From Podospora anserina (Eukaryota), in contig CM030333.1 in assembly GCA_017654855.1 (NCBI GenBank), positions 4,092,001-4,156,000 of the forward strand: a DNA stretch of 64,000 nt, written 5' to 3'. How positions within the stretch are numbered: position 1 is the stretch's first letter; the number at the start of each line of letters is the position of its first letter. This document shows positions 22,311 to 38,832 of the stretch, one piece after another. The notes beneath the pieces are model-generated. The model was given only the letters and a program-made list of their open reading frames with translations, did no database searches and had not been told where the DNA came from. A program made the translations under genes and the position numbers.

Positions 22311-24582
22311 CAAATCACAAAGCTCTGTCCACCCTCTCCAGCGTTGCTCTGGGACTGACCACATGACGAGCTTCGTGATGAGAAGACGACGGGCGGCATG
22401 TCCCATGCGGGCATCGTTGGACATTGTCGCCGCCGTTTCAATGACAGGGAGCTCCTTGCGCAATCGCGGCAGGCCAACAAAGGGAAGCAAATCGAAAGCT
22501 CGCAACCCAGCTCTGGCCGTGCTTGCGGGACCCGATCTCCCCACTCTCCAGAGTCTTGTTTTCAGTGCTAAAGACATCGTTCCATGCGGGAAATGGGGCG
22601 AGACAACTTGTCGACACCCACCGTATCCACAGCAAAGAGCTCAGCAGGACGGCCAGAGAGAAAAAAAAAAGCTGCCATGGACGCGGTGAGTGCCGGCCAA
22701 TCGGGTACACCTCGTCCACCTAGTCCAGCGCACGCTTCGTCGTCTGCTTCGCTCAATGGCCCGATATTGATATTGCCTACCTCTCTGGAGGAGCAGCAAG
22801 CGCGGGTTGAGCTGGGGCCTGGTGGGCAAGCAGACTGATCGAGACTTGATGATGTTGCAGACTGTTTGTCACAGATTCCAGGGTTTGGTCCGGCAGCCCA
22901 CGCAGGCTGTGTGGATGACGATGATGGCCATGCCATGATCCGGGGGCAGTGAGAAAATGGCCGTAGTGTAGGGATGGATGTGAGCAACCTGGATCCGGTA
23001 CGGAGCAGAGAGATAACGCATCAGGGCACGAGGCACAGGGTTGCATGTAAGTCAATATCAGCCGGACCGGTCTGTTAGCGCAGTACCTTTTCTATGTCTC
23101 TGTTGTCCAGCGGCGGGAGAGGCTGTCGTACAGAATCGTAATGGCTGATAGTAAATCTCATCCTCTTTCCAATGGCATTGCCCGGTGGAATTCGAGGCAA
23201 GCACAAGCTGCCTCGCTGTCTCAAAGAGGCAGCCGCATTCGGCATTTGCTGATTGATATCCGTGCAATCTCGCTCACAGTGCTGCCAGCTGGAGATAACG
23301 GCCTGGCTGGGCAGAGCACCACTGGGCTGACTCCATTTTCCACACCTTGGAAAACTTTTTTTTCTTTCGTCAAAGGCTCACTCCATCGATTCGACGGCCG
23401 TCTGGGCATCCGCCGGCCTGGCAGGCTCCAGTTTCCGCTGCAGCTAGAGGTTACTGTTACCTGATGACCTTCCTATTCAGACCCCAAAAAGGCATTTCCT
23501 TAGCAATACATCTTGGCGCTCCCGGCGGTCGGCGCGCCTGCGAAAGTGCGAACGATAGAGATAGGGAGGCTGGAAAATCCCGACATCATCAACGAAGGGG
23601 AAGCCCGTGCCGCACGAGCAATCATCCGAACTGCTGGTTGGACACATTGGACCTCTCTCTCATCCACTTCGATTCATCCAATATCTAGCAGCCCCCCCCC
23701 AAGAGTCTTCCATTCCATTGGCGTCCGCTTGTTGTTCCACGAAATGCTGGCTCTTGTCTCTCGGTGTCGGGTTTGTTCGATATCCATCCTCCCCATGGAG
23801 CAGCTGAGGGTGTGATCCAAAACCGTGCGGTGTGATGGGTTGGAATGGTGGTGTTGGTTTGTGAGCATGTTCGGTTCGTTGAACGTCAAAAAAGGCTCGA
23901 ATCCGGGCGCGGCCTTCCTTTTCAATTACGTACAATATGCGCCGCTAAGGCCGGTCTAGGGCAAGCAACAAGCACAGCACCATCCAGTGCACCTGCGTCC
24001 AGGTATATACAGTTGGGTTTGTGTGCCACAGGGCCGCTGGCAAAGTCTGATATCTCCGCGGAAAATCAGATGGTTGTTGCAATTGCAATTCACTTTTACC
24101 CAACAGGTGTTACACCAACCACTCACACACCACTTACATCATCGCAGGGGTCCGTGGTTCGGCTGACCCTCTTCCAAAAACTGGGACACGTTCCGACGAC
24201 TGGCGTCTTTTGGCCCCTTGTGGGAGCGAGCCCTGCCGAGCCTGGGCAGTGATGAGACTGGAAGCTGTCAACCCTCTTTTTTTCCCCGCAAGGAGGGGCA
24301 TCGAAATCGCGGGGAAGATCAGAAAACCTCTGCGGATAGCGTCCCTGGAAGTGCCTGGGCATCGAAGGGGACATCACCGGGCCAAGGGCTTCCGGAAGCT
24401 GGCGGTGAGCTCCGCATTCGGCACATCCCCAAGGCACGCACAGCAACATGGCTCCACAACGCTTTTGGGTGTCGAACTCTCTGGTCCAGAGTCCAGACTC
24501 GATAAAGTACTACAACACACGCTGTGTCACGCGAGCAGCATGGCTCTGAGGACGGTTGATGAGTTGGGTCAAGACATTCTGA

Positions 24583-28029
<3,447 letters not shown>

Positions 28030-29035
28030 GATGCCTCCTTGAGGTGTGGTGATCCAACCTGTCGGTAACGGTTTTGATCTTGTGTCCGTTTCTGGAGTCC
28101 GGCTGTATAGACGAGGCACTTGAGGATTCAATATCTGGCGACTCGGATCGGGTTTATCGTTGTTGTAGGTTGTATATAAGCGAGGCTCGGAGATAAGGGG
28201 TTTGGCTGTGGTGCTTTATTCCGGTTTGTCTTGGGTTGATCTTTGCTCTTGATCTTGGAAAGCTCGGTAGGTGAGAGTTGGAGAAGGGATTACTCAGCGG
28301 TATGCGCCCAAAGAGAGTTTAGCAGTGGGATTGATGTGATGTGGTGGCTGGAATACTGTTCTTAGCATAAGATTCAGGTTGTGGATTTGGAATAGTCGTA
28401 GTCGACTGAATATGATGCTGCAATCACGACTATGATCTTGATGTGCAAAGCTCTTTTTCTGTCGGTAGGAACTTAATCTCCCTGCCGACAGCACTGGTAT
28501 TCCCCTCTTCTCGGCAAGGGCCTTTGTCGAGCACCTACTGTGTGGTAGGATCGCATTTACAACCAACATGCATTGGACCTACCCAATCATCGAGCACTAT
28601 GGCCGAGGGTTGGCAATGTTTGGAAGGGGACATATCAATCATATCGTGAGGGGGAAAAAAAACCATGTATTTGGGAATTTGCCTCGCTTTCTTCAGCCCC
28701 ATTCCGATAATTACCATGCTGCCCATATGCATTTCCCTTTTTCCTGGCCCCAAACTCCAATAAAACAGAAGATATCAAGTCGGAAGACGTCTGGGTATCC
28801 CTTGTAGCCATCCACTGCCCTCCAGCCATGCCCTTGATTTTCACAATATCCCTCGGCTGCCTTGGTATTGCTGAGCAGCCTTGGCTTGTGCCATAAAAGC
28901 GCCACTAGGCCCAGCCGCTGGTTCAGAGGTATCGCTGTTGAACAGATAGCAGACACATATTCCTCAACCATGCGCCACGACTTGGCCGACGCCTTATCTC
29001 GTAGTATGTGATAGACCCATTTAGAATCCTCCCGC

Positions 29036-29846
29036 TCAAGTAGCCGGAGCACCAGGGAGTCTCTCGATGGCATATTTGCCCTTTTGGACGCCCAGAATGG
29101 GCACACCTGGGATCTTGCGGAGTCTTCGCTTGAGATCACGATCGTTGGCTGCTCTCTATCAGTAAAAGCTCAACGAGAAAAAAAAAGGGGGTTACCTACT
29201 GGCAACGATGTAGATACGGTTCTTCTGGACGCGGTCGACGATGCACTAGGCAGAGTTAATTAAATCAAGACACCGAAGAGAAGACGAATATTGGGAATTC
29301 TTACATCATCTGCATAGGTTCCCTTGTGGTCGCAGGTGAGCCTCGTCCACCTCTCGTCACGAGCAATCATCAAGGCCATGCGGTACTTGGGGCCCAGCTT
29401 CTCGAGTTCCGCCATGACGCAGTCTGTGATGATGATGTTGACCGAGGCATACAGGGCGTCCATGGCAGATTCTAGAAGTGGCAGCTTCGCCTGGATGGAT
29501 CTGCTCAGGAAATTGGTATCGACAATGATCTGGTATGGTGGAACAAGCGAGGTGTTGAACTCGAAGAACATGGATGATGGTGCTTGCTGCGTGATGGTTA
29601 GTTTTGTCCTGTTCAGTCTGTGAAGATTATGAGAGGACAAGACATACAGGGACCTCGCGAACTAGTTCCTTCTCCTTCTTCTTGATTTCCAACTTCTTCT
29701 TCTCGGCCTCTGTTTTCCTCCTGTCATCGTTCTTGCCGATGACCCGCTTCATGCGGAACTCGCGAACTTTCTTTGCGACTGTTGTTATGTGGTTAGTGTC
29801 TGATGAGATGTGAAGGGTGAGTGGCGGACAGAAACTTACCACCCAT
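29036..29846 (-). CDS. fcf1: rRNA-processing PIN-domain protein Fcf1/Utp24. Exons 29846-29840, 29778-29648, 29586-29305, 29245-29200, 29148-29036
   Basis: Spliced product MGVAKKVREF..PPYQIIVDTNFL..ITDCVMAELEKLG..CDHKGTYADD|CIVDRV..YIVAT|NDRDLKRRLRKIPGVPI. Four canonical introns, with a 7-nt first coding exon. Confidence 0.93.
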
Positions 29847-30889
29847 ATTGACGGTAAAGTCGCTGAATAATATTGGTATTGTCTATGAGATGTTTCAAAT
29901 CACTCGGTGAGTCTGAACTATCGGGTTGTTCGTTTGATGGTGACGGCTTCGTTTCATGTAAGTGAATGAGTTTGCTGATCTTGAATTTTTTGAGAAGCCT
30001 GGCACGGACCAAGTTCGTCCCAGTCCCAATTGCAGCATGGTGGCGTGGCCCCGGCGCGTTGCACAGCGGGCGCTGCGGCAATCCCAGACAGCTGGCAACC
30101 GACTGCCCACCTCTAGCCCAGGCTGTCTTTAATTAAGGTTTGGCGGCGTCCAGAAACAGGAGGGGCGTCCTGAAATCATCTTGGCCCTGAAATGCAAGAA
30201 CTGCAGGGCGCTCGCGATGCAGTAGTTAGGTGCGTCTGCACCCAATATGCAGGTATCCGTCTGCTTTCCACCATGAGACGGTTTGTGAAGGACAGTATCT
30301 TTCTGCAAATATCATAGAAATAATAGCCTGATGGGCTGAGACGCCGCAGCGTTGAGATTTGCTGGATCAGCGTGCCTGCGTTTGCCAAGACCAAGAGTGG
30401 TCCGGGGGAGACGAACGGGGAACATGGGAGGGGGGCTGACGGTTTTTACGGGGGGCCACCAACACGAAGGAGGGTCTCCTTTTTCCCTACTGCTGGGCAT
30501 CCCTTTGCCTCTCCATCTCTCTGTGCTATTACCTAGCCCTCGCTCGTGTCGCTACACTACACTACATACATCAATTTACATTCTTGCCGTCGGCCATTGA
30601 CACGCGCGTCGCATCCCCTCGTTACCCATTTGTTTTGAGATTATTTTCCGCCGTGTGTCTCTCGGCCTGCCTGGAACTTGCTTCCGTCACCACTGAGACC
30701 TGGGCAACGCAGACTCAGCCCCGTCCCTCCACAACCACCCACTCGGAGTCGATCCCTTCGTTGGTGGCTGCAGGCCTTGTCCGACAACAAAGTCCTCTTC
30801 TCCAGGTTGAACCCCGCCAGATACTCATTGTGACCTTGAATACTGGAACAGTTATCGTTCACGAGGGCCTCGACGACACATTTGCCGCA

Positions 30890-32059
30890 ATGCGGACATC
30901 ATCGCCACTGTCGCTGAGGCGCGCGCTTCTGCTGACGTCCTTCTTCGCTGCCGGAGTCTACGCCCAACAAAACAACGACGACGAAGACGAAGCACAGACA
31001 TCGCAAACACAAAACACACAGCCAACGCCCACAAACAACCGGCCATCGACCTCCTCCGCGAATGCGCAAACGAGCCAAACATCTTCTCCCACCAACGCTC
31101 CTCCCCCGCTGTCTTCCAGCACCCAATCCGAAGAAACACTCCCTTCCCTTCCTCAACCGACCGCCGACTTGACCCTCACCGATCTCCCGACCCTCTCCTC
31201 CCGTCCCGACCTCAGCATCCCGACTTACCCCCCTCCCGCCATCCCGCCCACCCACAATGCTCCCTTCATGAACCACTCGACCCTCCCAGATGGCACCGTA
31301 TTTATCGCCGTCGGCGCCATCCTGGCCGCCTTTGGCCTCGCCGTCCTCCTCTGGCGCGGCATCCTCGTCTGCCTCCTCCACCGCAGCGTAGAACGCGCGG
31401 CCATGGCCCAGCACGCAGCAAACGACAAGTCGGCCGCCTCCTTCCCGGCTCCCCCGGCCCAATTCTACAAGTACCTCGAGCGGGAATCCAACGCCTCTCT
31501 TCCTGTTGCTGGCGCCAACTCGGGAACCAACAGCGGGATCGGCACCCGGCGCACCCACCGCGGTCCTACCCCCTCGGCCACCCCCTCGCAAACAAACCTG
31601 TTTTTTTCACCTACGGCCGGCCACGGAGCGGCAATGGGTGGCGGCGGTGCCGGAGCGGGCTCCTCAAACCGCGACTCGAGGTTTTTACCCTCTGGGTTTT
31701 ATGCCTCAGCATCACCCAATCCTGGTGGTGCGGGTGCGGTAGGTGGTGGTGGTGGTGGTGGTGGTCATCAGCATGGAAACTCTGTTAGTCTGTCTACCCT
31801 GCGACCGGCATCACGAGGAAGGGGGCAGATGATGGGGCCTAGTCCGCCCGAGTCCCCGTCTATCGATCCGAGAATGGGAGGGGGGTTTAGCTCGAGCTCG
31901 CTGAACTTGAACAGGCCGCCTAGCGCGGGGGCGAGGGCGCCGAGTGCGTATTTGGATGACTTGTTGGATGATCAGCCGGGGTTGTTTCCTCCTGCTGGGG
32001 GGCAGCCTGGGCAGCAGGGGGGTGGGTATAATGGGGGGCAGCAGAAAGGGAGGTTTTAG
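30890..32059 (+). CDS. Type I membrane protein (signal peptide, Ser/Thr/Pro-rich ectodomain, one TM helix); Csi2/Prm5-like
   Basis: ATG at 30890 begins MRTSSPLSLRRALLLTSFFAAGVYA (signal-like). NAPFM..LPDGTVFIAVGAILAAFGLAVLLWRG precedes the cytoplasmic tail, which ends with RAPSAYLDDLL. Confidence 0.75.
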   Translation: MRTSSPLSLRRALLLTSFFAAGVYAQQNNDDEDEAQTSQTQNTQPTPTNNRPSTSSANAQTSQTSSPTNAPPPLSSSTQSEETLPSLPQPTADLTLTDLPTLSSRPDLSIPTYPPPAIPPTHNAPFMNHSTLPDGTVFIAVGAILAAFGLAVLLWRGILVCLLHRSVERAAMAQHAANDKSAASFPAPPAQFYKYLERESNASLPVAGANSGTNSGIGTRRTHRGPTPSATPSQTNLFFSPTAGHGAAMGGGGAGAGSSNRDSRFLPSGFYASASPNPGGAGAVGGGGGGGGHQHGNSVSLSTLRPASRGRGQMMGPSPPESPSIDPRMGGGFSSSSLNLNRPPSAGARAPSAYLDDLLDDQPGLFPPAGGQPGQQGGGYNGGQQKGRF

Positions 32060-33056
32060 GTTCTTTTGTCGTAGGGTTTTTATTCTGGGTTTGGGGAGAT
32101 GGAGGTGGTTTAAAATGTTTATTTCTGGGGTTGTTGTGTAGTAGTAGTATGGACTTTTTTTTCAAATTGTTTAGGGATGGCGGGGGGGTTGGTGGTTTAC
32201 CTTTTTGGGGCGAGTGGCATAGCAACCTTTTATTTTATTTTTTTCCTCTCTTCTTCTTTTATGGAAATTGTAGGAGGGTGGATTCCTGAGGGGGGTGTAT
32301 TTTTTGTTTTTTGTTTATTACTATTGGAGCATCCAGTTTATTGTTTTTGGCGGTTTGGGTCAGAGAGAAGAGAAACTTTTTTTTTCTTTCTTCCGTGTCT
32401 TTGCTGAGGTTTGGTGGTGTGCTGTGTTAGTGTTGTGGACGATGAAGTTATCAGAATATTGGGGGGGTTATGGTTGCGACCTTGGTTGAATTTTTCTTGT
32501 TTTATGTTGTTGTGTGGTGTTTTCATTCGTCCTGGAGTGAGCGGTGTTTATGTCTTTTGTTCTTATGTGGGGGAAAAAAAGGGCTGTAAATATTCCCCTG
32601 ATAGTTGAATCACAGGACCATACCAGACACACTTCATCTTTCCACTATCCCAACTTACACCAGGACCTGCCAGCCTCGTTTACCATCTCAAACAATTTTT
32701 TTTTAAAAAGCCGGACGGATACTTGCAGTGACACTTGCACAAAAACCCGGACTCTTACATATGTACAGGACAAGTACCGGACATACATGCAGCAGACAGG
32801 CAGATAGGGACATGGATCAGACGTAGTACACACAAACCGTCCTTTTCCACTCCCCGGACTTTGCCGAGCAGCTTCTCGGATGGTATTTCTGCTGTCGTGA
32901 CACAAAGACTGGACATATTACTCCGGCTACAGCCACTCGTCAACATTCAAGCCACCCAAGTCTCCAAAACAAATATCGAAGCATCGCTGAATTTTTACAC
33001 ATTACTGCTATCCACAATCGTATACCTCCACCACCACATGTTTCCCTTTCCGCTGT

Positions 33057-36000
33057 TTACTGCTGCCCACTACCCAGTATATCCTCCCCCCTAATCCCGC
33101 TCCGCTCGCACATTCCCCTGAAAATCCCCCCTTCCACCTCCCACAACCCCCTCGGCGTCCCAATCTCCGCTATCCTCCCCTTGTCCATCACCACAATCCT
33201 GTCATACCCGATAATCGTCCTCAACCGGTGCGCTATACACAACAACGTCTTCCCCTTGAACCCCTTTGCCATCGTAGCCTGGATCTTGTCGTCTGTTTCC
33301 ATGTCCACTGACGAGGTGGCCTCGTCGCAGACAATGATCTGCGAACCGCGGACCAGTGCCCTAGCCAGAGCCATCAACTGGCGTTGCCCAAGACTAAAGT
33401 TGAGACCGTCTTCTTCGACCGTGCTGTCGAGGTGGATTTTGGAAGACGAGGAATTATTCTCCCCCCCGTTGGCGGATGCTTCAGGTGAGGAAGGGGAAGG
33501 GGAAGGGGTGTCAGACACCAAATCGGCTTGACGCAAGGCACCCCAGAGTTCAAGGTCCGAGTGCTCGCCAAAGGGGTCGAGGTTGGACCTGACAGTGCCC
33601 CGGAAGAGGGTCGGGTCTTGGGGGATAATTGCCAGCCGGGAGCGGAGGTCGTGGAGGCCAACGGTGGAAATGTCAACCCCGTCAATGGTTATTTTTCCAG
33701 ACGAGATCTCGACAAGGCGGAAGAGGGTGGACATGATGGATGATTTGCCTGCCCCTGTCCGCCCGACGATACCGATGCGCTCGCCGCCTTTGATGTGCAT
33801 TGATAAGCCCTGCAGGACAAGAGGGAGACCCTCGCGGTAGCGCATGTGAACATCGTCAAAGACGATCTCGCCGTTTTGGGGCCATTCTTTGGGGAGTTCG
33901 ATGGTCTTGAGGGGCGCTTCCTCGTCGAGCTCGGTACCGTAGTACAACAGGCGCTCGACCGCATTCATGCCGTTCTCGACTTCGGCGAGCTGGCGGACGG
34001 TGAATTGAATCATGCCTGCGATGCCGAGGATGTAGGACAGGACCAAACCGCCGATGGAAGGGGGCACGGAGAAGCGGGATGTGACGACCAAGATGCCCGT
34101 TGTGAAGACGAGAAGGTTGCCGATTTGATCGAGCCGGATTGACAACCACCGCTGGTTGGAATAGGTCAAGAAGTAGGCCGAGTCCATGTCGTCAATGGCT
34201 TGACGCAAGTCGACAATGAACCTCTCCTTGAGACCGTAGGCGCGGATGCTGGCCACCCCGGAAAGACCTTCGCCAAACTTGGCAAAGACGTTGGACCGAA
34301 GGATAGACTCCAAACGCTTGACTTCTCTCGCCGAGGCTCGGTAGTAAGATGTAGCAAACAGGAAGAGAATAAACAACGGAACAAGGGCGATGACAAAGTA
34401 GTAAAAGAAGGCGATGATGAGACAAAACACCGAGATGATGGAGCCTATGCTGAAGAAGTACATGCGCATGGCATCAGTCAAGTTGTTGTCCATGACATCA
34501 ACGTCTCTGCTGAATCGGTTCGTGATGCGGCCCAGGGGAGTAGTATCGAAGAAGGACATGGGCGCGCGCAGGACCCTGGTGATGGCGTTCTGGAGCATGA
34601 CCTTGCTGGCCGTCGTTCCAAAGATGGATAGGGATACCATGAAGGCGAACATGAGCAGAGCCTGGACGGCACCCAGACCGGCATAGACACCAATGTATTG
34701 CCCTGTTGAGAGACTCCACTTGTCTGCTGTCCACCACGAGAGCCACAGACTGGTGACAATGTTGGCGCCCTGAGAGATGATCAGGAGGAAGAGAACGATA
34801 TAGAGGTTGAAGATGGTGCCGGAAGCCTTGATGTAAGACGTGTACACCGACCATGGCACGCTAGCCACCGCTCGCTCTTCGGCTTGCATGAGCGCCTTGC
34901 CCTTCTTCTTTTTCTTCTGTCCACTGTCCCCGGGAACTGTTGCAGCAGCGCCATCCTCCTTCTTCTCTTCAACGGCCGTGGTCTCCATCAACGTCCGGAA
35001 ACCCTCCGAATTTTCCATGAGGTTTTTGAACGTGTCAACAGCCTGGATCTTGCCGGCCTCCATCCAGATGATTCTGTCGCAGCGGTTCAACACCCAGAGC
35101 TGATGTGTGGCCAAGATTCTGCACTTGTCCTTGAGAAGCCCACAGATGGCATTGTCGAAAATGTGTCTTCCAACATGAGCATCAACCGCGCTTAACGGAT
35201 CGTCCATCAGAACGATGTCAGCGTTGAAGTAGATGGCGCGAGCAATGTTCAACCGTTGCTTTTGCCCGCCCGAGATTGTGATGCCTCTCTCGCCAATCTC
35301 AGTCAAGTCGTTGTTAGGCAGCATATCCAAATCCGGCTGCAGAGCACAAGCCTTGATGACATCGGAATACCACCCCTTGTCCATTTCCTTGCCGAACAGA
35401 ATGTTCTCCTTGACCGTGGTATTTTGAATCCAAGCATACTGGGGGCAGAAGGCTCTGGACGCTCCCAAGACGACCTCGCCGCTCGTCTTACGCATGTCGC
35501 CAGCCAACGCAGCAAGCAGAGATGTTTTGCCACTGCCAACAGTACCAATAACAGCGACGAGCTCATTCCGGCCAACCTCGAAATTGAGATCTTGAAGTTT
35601 GAAGGGCTCCCGCTCTTCCACTAGAGTGCTCGCATCCTCGCTAGCATCTCCAGGCGTGGGCTTGGACTTGCTCTTGATGTTTGTCCCGACAGTCCCCTCG
35701 CTATCCTGGGTAGGTGTCCTTTCCCATGTGAAAGAAGCATCATGCATCTCAACCGCATTCTCGATCTCCGGGTCAAACTTGGCCTCCTCTTCCCGCTCCT
35801 CGGCCAGCACAAACTCCTGAATACGAGAAATCGACGACCAAGCATCCGTCACCTGGCCAATAACCATGGGCAACAGATTTAGTGGCATTCTCAGACCGTT
35901 GAACAGAGCCAACGACGAGAAGATTTCAGCAGGCGCCAGGTTGTGGTTGGTAAGCGAGTAGGTGATAAAGGCCAGCATGGAAGCAAAAATGGGCAGTGAA

Positions 36001-37475
36001 ATGCTGATAGCCATGATGGCATTGCGAATCGAGAGAAGGACTTGAATGGCCGAGATCTCGCGGTTTCGAAAATCTCCCAGTCTCTGCAAAAACGAGCCCT
36101 CCCAGCCGAAGAACTTGACGAATCGAACCGACTGGAGGATTTCCTGCGTCAGACTGACTCTCTGGTCAGTAATCTTGTTGATGTCCTTTCTCCGCCTGAA
36201 CAGGCTCCTGATGGCCCTGGTGAGGATGGGCATACCAACAACCAGCAAGGCAAAACCAGCCAGGGCGCTGTAGGTGATGTTGACGAGAAGCAACGCAAGC
36301 GTGATAAGACACGACAAGGGAGCAGTCCAGATCATGTGGAACAAGCCACAGGCCTGATCAACCCTGTACGTGTCGACGCTCATGATGTTGATGATCCTGC
36401 CATTTCCCCAACCTTCCCCATTAGCCCCAGCATCCTCTCCCCCCTTTCCACGCCTCTCATCCTTCCCCCCCTGCTTCTTCGCCGCCACCGCAGCAGGAAT
36501 ATCCGGCAACCCAACCCCGCCCGCCTTCGCCCTCCCACTGACCACCATGCTCTTCTCATAGATCAGACTAATCAAACTCGCCCTGGCCATCCCCCCGATA
36601 ACCATGCCCCGGTAGATAAAATGGTTGATACAAAAACTCGACAACACCTGCATCCCCGTTACCCCAACAACCAACCCTATCCCCGCCGCCAAATTTGGCT
36701 CCGGAAAGTCCGGTACCCTATCCGCAAGCCAGGCGTCCTGCGCAAACTGGATGAGGTACCTCAGCGTGAACGGCGCCATGACCTGAAGGATAGTCGCCAA
36801 CAGCTGGCACATACCGCCCAGCCAAAACTCCCAGGCGAATGTCTCGTGCATAGCCCACAACAGAGGGTATTTATCCCCTCTTTTGACCCTCTTCTCAAAC
36901 GACTCCTTCATCCGCTCGGTGAGCGGTTCGACAGACCGGTCAGGGTTGACTTTGTATATGTCTGTCGGTTGAAGAGGGCGTTTATAACCCGTGGTCATGA
37001 GGGGCCCCATCCAGTGGAAGACGAGTTTGCTGAAGAAACTGGCCTTGTGCTCGGGAGAAACTACCCTCTCCTCTGGGATGGGCGGGATCTTGCCCCAGCG
37101 GAGGGGGTTAGGTTGCTTGTACCATGGCTTCTGAACTGGTAAAGGGGGGTTGGTGAGAGCGGCCGAGTCCACGCTTGTGGCGTAGGATTTGGTGCGGTTG
37201 AGCTCGTTTCGTTCTTTGTTGTTCTCGTGGTCGTCATCGCTGGCGTTGCCCGTACCGCCGGCGATGGTACCAACGGCTTCGATGCTATCATCGTCATCAT
37301 CACCACGTCTGAGTTGACGGGCGGCGGTTTGTTTTTCCTCCTTGAGTTTTTCTGACGACTCCAAGCTTGACCGTGAGTAGACCCGAGCAAGAGGGTCTGG
37401 TGGTGGAATGGTGTGTTCTTCTTCGACTTTTGGTGGAGGTGGCGACCTGGAGGGTGAAGGTGGTGAGCCTGCCAT
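33057..37475 (-). CDS. ABCC/MRP-family ABC transporter, Yor1-like, intronless, 1472 aa
   Basis: TMD-NBD-TMD-NBD layout. Walker A motifs GTVGSGKT and GRTGAGKS; signatures ISGGQKQR and FSLGQRQL; DDPLSAVDAHVG; DEATSSVD. Confidence 0.95.
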   Translation of the reverse strand: MAGSPPSPSRSPPPPKVEEEHTIPPPDPLARVYSRSSLESSEKLKEEKQTAARQLRRGDDDDDSIEAVGTIAGGTGNASDDDHENNKERNELNRTKSYATSVDSAALTNPPLPVQKPWYKQPNPLRWGKIPPIPEERVVSPEHKASFFSKLVFHWMGPLMTTGYKRPLQPTDIYKVNPDRSVEPLTERMKESFEKRVKRGDKYPLLWAMHETFAWEFWLGGMCQLLATILQVMAPFTLRYLIQFAQDAWLADRVPDFPEPNLAAGIGLVVGVTGMQVLSSFCINHFIYRGMVIGGMARASLISLIYEKSMVVSGRAKAGGVGLPDIPAAVAAKKQGGKDERRGKGGEDAGANGEGWGNGRIINIMSVDTYRVDQACGLFHMIWTAPLSCLITLALLLVNITYSALAGFALLVVGMPILTRAIRSLFRRRKDINKITDQRVSLTQEILQSVRFVKFFGWEGSFLQRLGDFRNREISAIQVLLSIRNAIMAISISLPIFASMLAFITYSLTNHNLAPAEIFSSLALFNGLRMPLNLLPMVIGQVTDAWSSISRIQEFVLAEEREEEAKFDPEIENAVEMHDASFTWERTPTQDSEGTVGTNIKSKSKPTPGDASEDASTLVEEREPFKLQDLNFEVGRNELVAVIGTVGSGKTSLLAALAGDMRKTSGEVVLGASRAFCPQYAWIQNTTVKENILFGKEMDKGWYSDVIKACALQPDLDMLPNNDLTEIGERGITISGGQKQRLNIARAIYFNADIVLMDDPLSAVDAHVGRHIFDNAICGLLKDKCRILATHQLWVLNRCDRIIWMEAGKIQAVDTFKNLMENSEGFRTLMETTAVEEKKEDGAAATVPGDSGQKKKKKGKALMQAEERAVASVPWSVYTSYIKASGTIFNLYIVLFLLIISQGANIVTSLWLSWWTADKWSLSTGQYIGVYAGLGAVQALLMFAFMVSLSIFGTTASKVMLQNAITRVLRAPMSFFDTTPLGRITNRFSRDVDVMDNNLTDAMRMYFFSIGSIISVFCLIIAFFYYFVIALVPLFILFLFATSYYRASAREVKRLESILRSNVFAKFGEGLSGVASIRAYGLKERFIVDLRQAIDDMDSAYFLTYSNQRWLSIRLDQIGNLLVFTTGILVVTSRFSVPPSIGGLVLSYILGIAGMIQFTVRQLAEVENGMNAVERLLYYGTELDEEAPLKTIELPKEWPQNGEIVFDDVHMRYREGLPLVLQGLSMHIKGGERIGIVGRTGAGKSSIMSTLFRLVEISSGKITIDGVDISTVGLHDLRSRLAIIPQDPTLFRGTVRSNLDPFGEHSDLELWGALRQADLVSDTPSPSPSSPEASANGGENNSSSSKIHLDSTVEEDGLNFSLGQRQLMALARALVRGSQIIVCDEATSSVDMETDDKIQATMAKGFKGKTLLCIAHRLRTIIGYDRIVVMDKGRIAEIGTPRGLWEVEGGIFRGMCERSGIRGEDILGSGQQ

Positions 37476-38832
37476 GGTTATGGCTGCCGTTGGCGGGCTC
37501 AGAAACGGGACGACTCAACGGCCGTGAGTAGTGGGATGGACCCTGAAGAAGTCACCGGTGCGAGTCGAAAAAGGTGACCTGTTAAAACTATTATAGGATT
37601 GTGACGGCGGTGTCAAGAAGCACGCCACTGCACTAGCAGGATGCTAGCGTTTCGACAGTTGGGGGGTTACTGTGGAAATCCAACAGTCGTCGCGACCGAA
37701 ATAGGCAGCTTGAGGGTTTGTTTGTTTGGAGAGGTCGAAAATATGACGATGACACTTGGAAGCTCGCGGAAGGGGGGGGTATCCACTCAATTATTGAACA
37801 CGCCCAGGGCATTCATTCAAAAATAAATACGAGAGGGTGAGCAAAAAGTGTCCGGGCAGTAGAAATTGTAGGAGCAATAGGTAGAATAGAGAAATAGGTT
37901 GCCAAAACTGGCAAGAGGCTCGACCTCGTTGTTGTCGGAGAGTTACGAGTGCGAAGGGTAGGTAGTGTAGAAAATTGATTAGAAAGCAAAAACAGGGGCT
38001 TAAAGTTCCCTGCTCTTGGCCTTCCCCCAACGTCTTTTCCCTCTTTTTTTTAGTTTTTTTTTTATGTCCGTTCCATGTCCCGATTCCCGATTCTTTACGA
38101 TGGAGGACAGCGGCCAAACCAGAGTTGGATCGAGCTAGCGAAGAGCGGCAAGTCGCATATGACATGATGACCTGCGAAGACAGTCGGCACACGGCAAGTC
38201 CCAAGCACCGACTTCCCCATTTGCCATACTTTGCACGCGCATTAGTCTCCTTTTACTATCCCCTATGATTTTGTAATCGGAGATATCGGTGGCTTTTTCC
38301 ATCCCCCTTGTTCTTGTGTCCACCGCCTATTCTTTTCCGCCTTTTCCATCACGTCAGCAGACAAAGGAGAACACGCGTTATGACCACCGGGCATTGGGAA
38401 AGCTGTTATCTGAATAAATTGGCCATGTCAGTTTTATGGAAGGGCTTCAGTTGCACAGCAGGCTATATAAGTCACTACACATGGGGCCGCCGGCATGCGG
38501 GCCTCGATAATGCAAGCGGCTTAGGTTGAAGTGATTGGACGAGTCGAGGACGAGCTGTTTCCGGGTGGGTAGCATCGGTACCGTGACGGCACCGGCAGTC
38601 GATGACTTATCCCCGGACATTGAGCACTATCCGATGGAAAATAGGACAGAGCTGCCAGCAATGTCTAGAGTATACAGTTCCCTGTGTCACCTTTCCCGTT
38701 AGAGACCAAGACTGCGATGTCATGTCACTCATACAGTACAATTTGTTCTAGAAGACTTGGCATTTTCTTGTCAGATTTAGTCCAAGACAACCCCAACGTC
38801 ACACAACTAAAGACATGAAAGACTCAGATGTG

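Noticed and set aside
23890..23915. GGCTCGAATCC resembling a tRNA T-loop/B-box
   Set aside because: No acceptor stem, D-arm or anticodon arm can be folded upstream.
30584..30889. 102-codon TTG-started extension of the Csi2-like ORF
   Set aside because: The signal peptide starts at ATG 30890, so the upstream frame is most likely leader sequence.
36042..37142. 366-aa plus-strand ORF
   Set aside because: Antisense shadow of the ABC transporter, produced by biased codon usage.
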